Of a stretch of 64,000 nt of DNA, positions 42,101-49,590 are shown one piece after another. The stretch's first letter is position 1. Each line of letters opens with the position of its first letter. The position numbers and the translations under genes are program-made. Source of the DNA: Obrimoposthia wandeli (Eukaryota); contig CDROCS010003797.1 of NCBI GenBank assembly GCA_977020255.1, positions 124,001-188,000 of the forward strand, read 5' to 3'. A model generated the notes under the pieces. It was not told the origin of the DNA. It ran no database searches and saw only the letters and a list, made by a program, of their open reading frames with translations.

Positions 42101-43665
42101 CAACTAACGGCATCACGAGAACTTCCGTCATAGTTTTTACCACTGTTCTGATTATCATAAATAGTGGTCACTTCATCTGCGGTGAGGGCGCCATCAAAAA
42201 TAATAAGTTCATCTAATTTTCCTTCAAAACTTTGCCTTGAATTAAAACGTCCACCAAAGCGGTCTTGCTCTTGGCCAAGAACCACTGCATTGCTATTAGG
42301 TACAGAAAGGCTACGATTTGGAAAACCATCATCACAATCTTGAATACTACCATTAACATATAAGCAAACATCGTTTTGAACTCTTGTCACAACAAGGTGA
42401 TGCCATTGACCATTCGTTACGCTCCGCCCTATAGAGAAGTTCTTACCACGGTCTTTGAGCTTAATGTTTAAGGTTGAACTGTCAATAAGATAAAGTTCAA
42501 CTTCGTCATCAGAGGCGCTACTGCCTAGCGCTTGGAAAATTTCTTGTTGCCTTTTTGATGCCGATGTATTTATCCACACAGAAATAGAGAAATCATTTAG
42601 TCCATCAATAGCATCATTAGGGATAGTAACCCAATCTCCAGTACCCGTTGCAGAGAGATCTAAAGAGCGGTTAACAATAGAGCTACTAGACGAGGAAACT
42701 CCACTTGAAGCACTAGCATTAAAATTTTCTAACTGATCAAGAACTTCATTACCTGCGCCAGTATATTTACATTCATCAAATTGATAATTAACCACGGCAG
42801 TAGCTGGAGAAGAAGAGTCGCAAACCTCACCAAAATCAGCGCCAAAAACAGTGTTGTCGTAAGTAAGTACTGAGCGACTATTTAAAGCAATTTTTTCTCC
42901 TGAAGCGACACCAAATAAATAGCTTGCAGACGTAAAAGTAATATCTTCCGCATATAAGGCACCAGAAAAAGTAGAGCGACTACCGAAAGTAACATTACCT
43001 TTAACATGCATCACCAATTTACTGACATCACCCGAACGATTCTCGCTAGGTGAATTAATCATCGTAGGCGATGTAAAGTTTACTCCCGCGTCAACGAAAA
43101 CCTTTGCAGTACCTGAGCCAATAACGTTGATGCTTACGCTTGAACCAACGCTTAACGTTCTAAAGTAATAAGTTTTTCCCGCAGCAAGGTTAAGGGTATT
43201 ATTGAAGCCCAATGATAAATTTTCAAAAAAATAAATATCATAAGCGTCACCAAACTGCATGATGGCATTCGACTGTGCGGAAATATTACGATAGTTATTC
43301 GTTCCACGTATACCAAAGGTAGTTGTTACATCACTAGGTGGGTTATAGTCGACACTACCGTTTCCACGCCTAAAATTAACACTTACCGATTCCGCAGAGC
43401 TATTTGAAGCGGTACAATCAGCGCCGCCACAACTATTAATATTAGAACCTGGATTATGGCTAACTTGGCGAGTAAATAGTTCGCTATCAGGATTATTAAT
43501 AAGGTGAGCATTATAGCCGAAGCTAATTTGGCTGTTGCCATTACCATTGCCATGTGTGGCAATAACATCTGGGAATACTGCCGAACATTGCGCAGCAAAA
43601 AGTTGATTAGAAAGTAATAAAAATAACGTAGCACAGCAAGCGATAATAAACTTAATGGAATTCAT
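39175..43665 (-). CDS. mshQ: MshQ-like large pilus-associated adhesin: signal peptide, two LamG-like domains, DUF6701-type C-terminus
   Basis: 1496 aa; lies between mshP and mreB; LamG signatures FSISVWI/WHHLVV/GQEQD/LDELIIF; C-terminal FGLYRGNDRIISWRE. Confidence 0.82.
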   Translation of the reverse strand: MNSIKFIIACCATLFLLLSNQLFAAQCSAVFPDVIATHGNGNGNSQISFGYNAHLINNPDSELFTRQVSHNPGSNINSCGGADCTASNSSAESVSVNFRRGNGSVDYNPPSDVTTTFGIRGTNNYRNISAQSNAIMQFGDAYDIYFFENLSLGFNNTLNLAAGKTYYFRTLSVGSSVSINVIGSGTAKVFVDAGVNFTSPTMINSPSENRSGDVSKLVMHVKGNVTFGSRSTFSGALYAEDITFTSASYLFGVASGEKIALNSRSVLTYDNTVFGADFGEVCDSSSPATAVVNYQFDECKYTGAGNEVLDQLENFNASASSGVSSSSSSIVNRSLDLSATGTGDWVTIPNDAIDGLNDFSISVWINTSASKRQQEIFQALGSSASDDEVELYLIDSSTLNIKLKDRGKNFSIGRSVTNGQWHHLVVTRVQNDVCLYVNGSIQDCDDGFPNRSLSVPNSNAVVLGQEQDRFGGRFNSRQSFEGKLDELIIFDGALTADEVTTIYDNQNSGKNYDGSSRDAVSCVSVMANFQFDECSYTGAGNEVIDQQGSYSGTSHNNVNTTDFGQIDNALNMVSAPHHVQVSIPLPTTYSVSTWFKKPDSNSGSRYFVFGAMENGGDLLLLDRTRSMRWAVYQPDQGNVYGTYSFATLDANWHHMVLVYQGNTTSLYIDGNFIETVNLAPTGTLKYIGTSFDDVNGFNPQGFRAPLDEFIVFNGALTANDITAIYDYQNLSKNYDGSTRQASACRRIHHYEIVHDGNGLTCAVEPITVKACTNSDCSSNDDLSTESVSLDFTVTDPTGTNVIKASPTFTGSTSFTFNHVVAEALTLSISGATVTASDAVECSGVGDSCVMNFANAGFRFLSGDDNNETIAHQTAGIEFSKTLKLQAVKSNNGVCEGLFTGAVKVSLAQENITPELSFNHGLAFQSAGSNIAKHPQFTDNVTLDFAADSIAIIPTPKYLDAGQIRLHAKYANDEIAIVGSSNNFWVKPDKFLIDSSARYNALTDSTFVAGQDFSFNVRALNSQGSATQNYRQSDGPLQLQVLQIAPVNTGTVKGKFSYAKDLNVETSSTFQPVTLTSFSVNDNDNDNEKGTSTFSGGQYNEVGIVNIDVQANSYGGLTGTEGLISADDLTLGRFIPAYFKQTVNTAGTLDAYHSEANSRLCEIADWTYTGQRTTDNNGTISYSLEPKIAITAFNAQNKITKNYTLGAPEGYMKLLAAGVKVTSPNHDDEQLRVNDEELSVDENAINFVEITSFMAVGTLDFSVNEGELVAGQMLYKFSDNDHFSYDRDDTSFLQPFSAKIPFVTEQITDQDGVTLQTETTSNEIAEGAIEKLISEGVEVRFARLVLENSYGSENSPLRAPLSVEVYGATGFTVHADEVCLSTELKEKKSGLKYSGNMNLWDYRLIDIDTDAIEIADTTASVTGVLDKGMQKQLFFTAPGKQGTLEWEYNVPAWFKFKWDALDGGADGNFYDDNPSAILNFGLYRGNDRIISWREISN

Positions 43666-43708
43666 AACTACTACCTTCAGCCCTTAAAATAAAACGCTTA
43701 AAAATGAC

Positions 43709-43731
43709 AAAAAAGCCTAACTAATCAGGCT
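43709..43731 (-). terminator. Intrinsic terminator 43 bp upstream of the mshQ start
   Basis: Minus strand AGCCTGA-ttag-TTAGGCT followed by TTTTT. Confidence 0.7.
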
Positions 43732-43743
43732 ATACTTGCAAGG

Positions 43744-43770
43744 TCACCCACTAAAGCAGCCTTTGCACAT
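43744..43770 (-). other. Candidate leader micro-ORF MCKGCFSG*
   Basis: Minus strand TAGAAGG-ttgttgtt-ATG TGC AAA GGC TGC TTT AGT GGG TGA, ending 12 nt before the terminator stem. Confidence 0.35.
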
Positions 43771-44024
43771 AACAACAACCTTCTATCATATTATTTTACT
43801 AGCATGTTAATTGATATCTACACTGATTATTAACGCCACGTAACATCGTCTTACACACTTGCTAAGATAAATAATCTCGGATTAGCCAAGCTCATTTTTG
43901 TAGCGTGTAACCTTTAAATACGTCGTTTTTAAAAACGGCTAACAAGCCAATTCGATTAGTCAGTCATCAATATTGAAAAAATAATCCCGCGATTTTTCTA
44001 TTCCACTCAAGAAAAATACACTCA

Positions 44025-44531
44025 TTACTGCATACTTCGCGCTTCAACTTCAATCACTCTTGAGGTAACTTCACCGTTAATGTCGCACTGCCCTACACTG
44101 GTAATTGTATAATAACGCACTCCATCAGATGCTAAGAAGTCTTCACATTGTATGGGATCGACTATACGGCAGCCTTGCAAACCAGAAATGTTACTAGTAT
44201 CAGGTAACACAATACTATTATCAGATCTAACATCAGCACATGTATTTACCGTGATGCTATTTAAACCAACAGGAAACAATTGAGCCAACTGCCATTGCAC
44301 ACCTGTTTGAGCTGCGTTATAGGCACGCGTTCCTAATACTTCGAACGCTAAATTTTCTTGGCTAGAGTCCATCATCTTAACCAAAGCAGCACCAAGCAAT
44401 GACATAACAACAATAACAAAAATAGCAATAACTAACGAGCTACCTCGACGCGGTCGATAATAGCCTGAGTTATGATGAAATTGCTGGTTTTTAAATTTAC
44501 GGTTAGGGGACATTAGGCACCTGTATTTCAT
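44025..44531 (-). CDS. mshP: MSHA minor pilin MshP
   Basis: Prepilin-like RRG/SSLVIAIFVIVVM, RAYNAAQTG, SRVIEVEAR; position. Confidence 0.85.
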   Translation of the reverse strand: MKYRCLMSPNRKFKNQQFHHNSGYYRPRRGSSLVIAIFVIVVMSLLGAALVKMMDSSQENLAFEVLGTRAYNAAQTGVQWQLAQLFPVGLNSITVNTCADVRSDNSIVLPDTSNISGLQGCRIVDPIQCEDFLASDGVRYYTITSVGQCDINGEVTSRVIEVEARSMQ

Positions 44532-45312
44532 GACTAAAATTTATTTCTTCATCATTTCGAATAAACTTAAAACGCACAATAACCATAGCATTTCTTTGTA
44601 ACGTACCAGGTAAGGTTTCAAATGGAACAACTCGACCCGCTGGTGAGAAGTTTTTTAGATCTTCAGCCATTAACACACCACTGATATCCGGCTTGCCATT
44701 AGTGCCATAGCCGTTATAACCTTTATAGCGCCTAAGCTGTTCACTTTCAATACAATAACTCACGGGTTCCTCAATAAAGAATAGTCGTTTAGTAGGTGAT
44801 TCAGCTGCAAATAAAATATTATTGGCGAAATTAATCGTTGATGGCGTTTGTTTATCACCAGCGTTATCTACAGAGGAAAATTGAGCGACCACTCCCGGGG
44901 TTTTATTATAAATATCAGTCGCATTTAATGCATATATCGAAACATACTTGGTTGTTGCTCGTAGCGTTTCTTCTAGCATTAGCACCTTGATACTATTGCT
45001 GGCCGCTTCCGGTGCTACGGGAATATCTACATAAATAACACTTTGGTCAATAGGCGTGAACTCTAAACATTGGTCATTATTGCCGATAGTACGTATGCTA
45101 TTGGGCAGGGCATTTCTGACCTCACGATTGAGCCGTTCAAGTGCGAACCTCGCGGTTGAAATAAGTGCGTCCCGATCCGCTGCATCGGTATAACTTTGAG
45201 TGCCAAATCGTAAAAAACTCGTGATACTAGTGGCAACAATCCCCAAAATAACGATCACCGTGACTAACTCAACTAAAGTAAACCCCTTTGATTTAATCGA
45301 TAATATGCGCAT
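44503..45312 (-). CDS. mshO: MSHA minor pilin MshO
   Basis: KG/FTLVEL class III signal, ARFALERLNREVRNALPNS, C-terminal VPNVP. Confidence 0.88.
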   Translation of the reverse strand: MRILSIKSKGFTLVELVTVIVILGIVATSITSFLRFGTQSYTDAADRDALISTARFALERLNREVRNALPNSIRTIGNNDQCLEFTPIDQSVIYVDIPVAPEAASNSIKVLMLEETLRATTKYVSIYALNATDIYNKTPGVVAQFSSVDNAGDKQTPSTINFANNILFAAESPTKRLFFIEEPVSYCIESEQLRRYKGYNGYGTNGKPDISGVLMAEDLKNFSPAGRVVPFETLPGTLQRNAMVIVRFKFIRNDEEINFSHEIQVPNVP

Positions 45313-45938
45313 TAAAAGTTAGCCTTAAAGGCAGAAAAAACAAAATCAAACTGTTGCGGTGTTGTTACTGTGACCGTAATCAACTTAGCCGTGTAATTAT
45401 TAGTATTAGGCTTTGCAAGGTAATGACTTTCATTAGTGACAGTGACTTTAACTTGAAAACCACGATAAATATCATTTAAAGAATCACCAGCCCCTAAAGA
45501 GCTTTCAATGTCATCTATAACTAAATCATTATAATCGTCAACATCATCGAATAATGCTCTATTACCAGACTCTTCATTCTCTAAATTCACTGAACATGCT
45601 TGCTCGCCATCTGCTGCTACAATAGCGCCATCGTTGTTGATGTCATCGCCACAGCGATATAAGCCGCCTGACATATCAGAATTTTCATCAAATGCTTTTG
45701 CCAAAATCTCATTAATCATTGATTGACCTAATTCAGCAGCTCTAATTTGATGAACTTGTTCTGCGCTTTGCTCGGACAGGGGATAAAGTAAAGTGCTAAA
45801 AATAGCAAAAGATATTGAGAGTACAACAATACCAATAATGGTTTCAATCAGGGTAAAACCACGCTGCAATTGGCCAACAATAGTTAACTTAAATATAGCG
45901 TAATCATTAACCTGCATGAATATACCCTTCTGATTCAA
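45312..45938 (-). CDS. mshD: MSHA minor pilin MshD (start may be 45917)
   Basis: RG/FTLIE, RAAELGQSMINEILAKAFDE, FDDVDDY, FKANF end. Confidence 0.88.
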   Translation of the reverse strand: MNQKGIFMQVNDYAIFKLTIVGQLQRGFTLIETIIGIVVLSISFAIFSTLLYPLSEQSAEQVHQIRAAELGQSMINEILAKAFDENSDMSGGLYRCGDDINNDGAIVAADGEQACSVNLENEESGNRALFDDVDDYNDLVIDDIESSLGAGDSLNDIYRGFQVKVTVTNESHYLAKPNTNNYTAKLITVTVTTPQQFDFVFSAFKANF

Positions 45939-46386
45939 TAATAACCTTTAAAGCTTGTTCACCAGTAATGGTAATTTCAATTTTCCTATTACTGTCGTTA
46001 ACATTAGGTCTACCCATATTATCAAAAGTAAACCTAAAACTTACAGGACTAAAGGTAACACTATCATCATTAGCAACTATTACACTCGTTGCTCTTTGCT
46101 CTGATTGGTTGACATATTCAGTGACAGGGAGGCAAATATCTTTACTTAGTTGCTTTGCACTCAGTAATACTTGATGGCAGTACTTTCGATTAGGAGTAGA
46201 AGGATTATTCACTTGCTGCATTGCCCGGGTTTGTATCAAGCGTAATTTAGCCACCATGTCGGTGCGGTAAGCATATTCAGAATAGCCATTACGGGTAAAA
46301 AATTTAGGTGCAACCGTAACGGAAAGAATACTTAAAATAACAATAACAACAACTAGCTCGATTAAAGTAAACCCTTTTGAAGTCAT
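45907..46386 (-). CDS. mshC: MSHA minor pilin MshC
   Basis: KG/FTLIELVVVIVIL, RLIQTRAMQ, FTFDNMGRP, IESEGYIH. Confidence 0.88.
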   Translation of the reverse strand: MTSKGFTLIELVVVIVILSILSVTVAPKFFTRNGYSEYAYRTDMVAKLRLIQTRAMQQVNNPSTPNRKYCHQVLLSAKQLSKDICLPVTEYVNQSEQRATSVIVANDDSVTFSPVSFRFTFDNMGRPNVNDSNRKIEITITGEQALKVIIESEGYIHAG

Positions 46387-46475
46387 CTGATATGGCCTTT
46401 TGTCTATTTGTTCCTAGTGTTAAGTAATGAGATGATAACTTGATTAGTTTACCCAGAAATATAACTATAACGGAC

Positions 46476-46502
46476 AAAAAAGGAGAGCTAAGCTCTCCTT
46501 TT
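46476..46502 (-). terminator. Intrinsic terminator after the major pilin gene
   Basis: Minus strand AAAAGGAGAGC-tta-GCTCTCCTTTTTT. Confidence 0.85.
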
Positions 46503-46521
46503 CAAAACACATTAACCTAAA

Positions 46522-47037
46522 TTAACAGTTTTCTAATTCATCATCATTAATGACGGGACGCTCATTAACGCCATCTGAACGAGTATAAACTAGTCGACAG
46601 GCATTTGCTGTAGCCGTTCTATGTTGAATCACAGCGGGGTCGCCATTAGTGACTCTAAAGTCACCCGTAGCAGAAGAATCAAGCTCTAATAAGCCTAAGA
46701 TACTGCTAGCGTTACCTACAGTAGTACCATCTCCGTTACCTTGCCATCTAGCGGCAGGATAACCATTAAATAGTCGATAAAATACATTATCAACTTCAAT
46801 AGTTTGGTTACCTAATGTTCGACCTTCGATAATAGCTTTAGCGTGAATCATACTGACCGCACTTTCAATACTCCCCCCAACACCTCTCATTACTGAGACT
46901 TTAGCATCACCGGTCAAATCAATAAACCTAGGTGCCGCTGTTGCCGCTAAAATACCCAAAATCACAATAACAACTACTAACTCAATGAGTGTAAAACCTT
47001 TTTGTATACCAGGAGTATTGCCTTTGAACTTATTCAT
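46522..47037 (-). CDS. mshA: MSHA major pilin MshA
   Basis: KG/FTLIELVVVIVILGILAATAAPRFIDL; 171 aa; between mshB and mshC and followed by a terminator. Confidence 0.88.
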   Translation of the reverse strand: MNKFKGNTPGIQKGFTLIELVVVIVILGILAATAAPRFIDLTGDAKVSVMRGVGGSIESAVSMIHAKAIIEGRTLGNQTIEVDNVFYRLFNGYPAARWQGNGDGTTVGNASSILGLLELDSSATGDFRVTNGDPAVIQHRTATANACRLVYTRSDGVNERPVINDDELENC

Positions 47038-47070
47038 AATATAAACCTTTTGTTATTAACTAATGTAAAA

Positions 47071-47688
47071 CTAATTATTGATATAAACCACGACTGAGCT
47101 ATTTGCTGGCTGATATGTAAAGTTATTGGTATTGCCGGTATCTGTTGCTGTGCCTGGGTCAGTATAATTATCACCACTTTTATTTAAGGTCTCTTTTAAA
47201 TAAAAATGACAAAGAGTTGATGCGCCAGAGCCTGATTTTGCCGCTAAGTAATCGATGCCACTATTGCCATTCAAAGTTGCAATCGCGTTTGTTATGCGTG
47301 GCGGTTGCTGAAAAATATTTTGCCATATATCAACACAGTTAGCGGCTGTAAAGCCAGTACCTAATCCTGCACCATTGTTGCTCCCTGCGACTGATGACAC
47401 AACATAACCAGGTCGAATACCTGCTGCTTCTGTTGTTAAGACTAAGTCTGCACCGTCATAGCTGACAACATTACGATTAGTACCATCAGTTGGGCGACCT
47501 TCAGCTTCCCATTGCGCACGAGCGAGTGAAATAGCCGTAGCAAAGCCACCAGCCATACCTTCGATATTCGCTTGTTTAGCTTGATCGGTCAAATCAAGAA
47601 ACTTTGGAATCGCTGTTACGGCTAAAAAGCCCAAAATAACCACAACAATAACTAATTCTATAAGGGTAAAACCTGACTGTTTTTTCAT
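47071..47688 (-). CDS. mshB: MSHA pilin MshB
   Basis: SG/FTLIELVIVVVILGFLAVTAIPKFL, ARAQWEAEG, CVDIWQ. Confidence 0.82.
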   Translation of the reverse strand: MKKQSGFTLIELVIVVVILGFLAVTAIPKFLDLTDQAKQANIEGMAGGFATAISLARAQWEAEGRPTDGTNRNVVSYDGADLVLTTEAAGIRPGYVVSSVAGSNNGAGLGTGFTAANCVDIWQNIFQQPPRITNAIATLNGNSGIDYLAAKSGSGASTLCHFYLKETLNKSGDNYTDPGTATDTGNTNNFTYQPANSSVVVYINN

Positions 47689-47717
47689 AACAACCTCTTA
47701 ACGATAAGATTAATTTT

Positions 47718-47747
47718 ATTCTAACAACGAAATACTAATAAAGTCAC
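47718..47747 (-). promoter_or_regulatory. Candidate internal sigma70 promoter for mshBA
   Basis: Minus strand GTGACT-N18-TAGAAT with an extended -10 TG; 29 bp upstream of the mshB ATG. Confidence 0.45.
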
Positions 47748-47807
47748 TTACTTAGTTACATTTTGACACAAACATCAAAAAAAACACTTTTTTGCTTAAT
47801 CTATAAA

Positions 47808-48314
47808 TTAGTCTGCTAACTCAACTGTACTCACTTTGCCATTATGTCGTTGATAAGTAAAATATTCGCCATTAGGTAAGCTATATCGGCAATACGGCAA
47901 AATTTGTGAGTGTTGTTCCACTAAAACAGCTCCAATAGGTTGCTTCATATAGATTAATGGCGCTTCCATAATAAATTTCCAGATATTTTGGCACGACATA
48001 ACCTCATTTCCAACGTCAACCCAACCAGCATGATTAACCGGAATTTTTATTTTTGAACCACCATCAACTTGTATTTTACTACTTTCAACGCTGACAAATT
48101 GCGGCTGTTGATCCATAAACCACTGTGCGTGGATGCCAGTTACTCGCGCTGAGAAAACTTGCGCTATAGTGGCAAAACCGGCTTGTGTTAATTGCGTTTG
48201 GTGTTTAAAAAAATAAAAAATAAAACTGGCCATTAATAATGCGATTAACACAATAACAATGAGTATTTCTGTCAGCGATTTCTCATTTTTTTCAGCCACT
48301 TGTAATGATGTCAT
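47808..48314 (-). CDS. mshF: MshF-like protein
   Basis: Single N-terminal TM, HAQW, NHAGWVD, CQNIW, CRY; position between mshG and mshB. Confidence 0.7.
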   Translation of the reverse strand: MTSLQVAEKNEKSLTEILIVIVLIALLMASFIFYFFKHQTQLTQAGFATIAQVFSARVTGIHAQWFMDQQPQFVSVESSKIQVDGGSKIKIPVNHAGWVDVGNEVMSCQNIWKFIMEAPLIYMKQPIGAVLVEQHSQILPYCRYSLPNGEYFTYQRHNGKVSTVELAD

Positions 48315-48340
48315 CGTGCTTTCCCCCAGAAACGAGTAAA

Positions 48341-49579
48341 TTACTTACCTTGAAAGGCTGACATCATATCCCACATTGGGGTAAATATGCCTAAAGCTAA
48401 AATTAACACCATGCCGGCAACAATAGCAATCATGATAGGCTCAATACGTGCTGTTAAGGTGCTTAGCTCATAGTCGACCTCTCGCTCGTAATAATCTCCA
48501 ACCTCCGCTAATAACTCATCAACTCGGCCGGTTTCTTCACCAACAGCAATCATTTGCAGCACTAAAGGAGTAAATAAAGTGCTCGTAACAGCAGCACGCA
48601 GCAAACTTTCTCCACTTTCAATACTAGCCCGCATTGAAACAATTTTATCTCGCATATAGGTATTATCTACTGCATCCGCAACTAACGTTAAACCTGTAGT
48701 CATGGGTACACCTGCCCGTAATATAATAGCAAAACTGTGCGCAAAGCGAGATAAAATAGAACGCTCAATCACACCACCGACAATGGGGAGTCTTAATTTA
48801 CGTTTGTCCCAAAAATACATGCCTGCAGGCGTTTTTAGATAGTGTCGCAGCGAAAAATAGCCGACAACACTGGCAATTAACATGTGCGGCCAGTAGTTAA
48901 GAAAAAAGTTAGAGCTGGCAATTAACATTTTAGTTGCCCAAGGCAAGTCTGCACCTAATCGACTAAACATATTTGCAAAAGTTGGGATAACAAAAATATT
49001 CAAAATAACTAGAGCAGCGACTAACGCAATCAGCACAAAGCTAGGATACCGCAATGCTGTTTTTATACGTTTGCGGGTTTCTTGCTCGCGCTCAAAGTAG
49101 CCCGCAAGTTTTAAAAATGCATCATCAAGGTTACCTGTATTCTCTCCAACATGAACTAATGAAACAAATAGTGGTGTAAATAACTTTGGGTGTTTATGCA
49201 TTGCCGTTGAAAGCGGAAAACCGCCTTCAAGTTGTGCTGAAATATCAATCAATGCCGACTTTAGCTTTACTGATGTACTTGACTCAGCCATGCCATTAAT
49301 CGCCCTTAAAATCGGAACGCCAGATTTAACCAAGGCATACATTTGTCGACAAAAAACGATTAAGTCATCAAGACTTACTTGATTAAACCCTAACAGATCA
49401 CCGATATCAATATTGTTAGCGCCAACACCAGCAGTAGATTTTTTTTCACTTTCTATCGATATTGGAATAATACGTTTACGTGACAGCTGCTCGGCAACTA
49501 CAGCAGAGTTGTCCGCTTCAATAGCGCCGGTTACCTGGCTACCGTTTGCATCTCGTCCAATGTAGTTAAATGTCGGCAT
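48341..49579 (-). CDS. mshG: MSHA inner-membrane platform MshG (PilC/GspF family)
   Basis: RQMYALVKSGVP, GENTGNLD, ALRYP, GEETGRVD, RIEP. Confidence 0.94.
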   Translation of the reverse strand: MPTFNYIGRDANGSQVTGAIEADNSAVVAEQLSRKRIIPISIESEKKSTAGVGANNIDIGDLLGFNQVSLDDLIVFCRQMYALVKSGVPILRAINGMAESSTSVKLKSALIDISAQLEGGFPLSTAMHKHPKLFTPLFVSLVHVGENTGNLDDAFLKLAGYFEREQETRKRIKTALRYPSFVLIALVAALVILNIFVIPTFANMFSRLGADLPWATKMLIASSNFFLNYWPHMLIASVVGYFSLRHYLKTPAGMYFWDKRKLRLPIVGGVIERSILSRFAHSFAIILRAGVPMTTGLTLVADAVDNTYMRDKIVSMRASIESGESLLRAAVTSTLFTPLVLQMIAVGEETGRVDELLAEVGDYYEREVDYELSTLTARIEPIMIAIVAGMVLILALGIFTPMWDMMSAFQGK

Positions 49580-49590
49580 AATATTATGGC

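Noticed and set aside
43666-44024. c-di-GMP-I riboswitch or ops/JUMPstart element upstream of mshQ
   Set aside because: No GGCAAAC...GAAA...GGGACGCAAAGC core and no GGCGGTAGCGT on the minus strand; an Rfam search would be needed to exclude divergent forms.
46522-47688. Duplicated major pilins or an antigenic-variation cassette
   Set aside because: The two genes match the ordinary mshB-mshA order, and there is no recombinase, silent copy or inversion repeat nearby.
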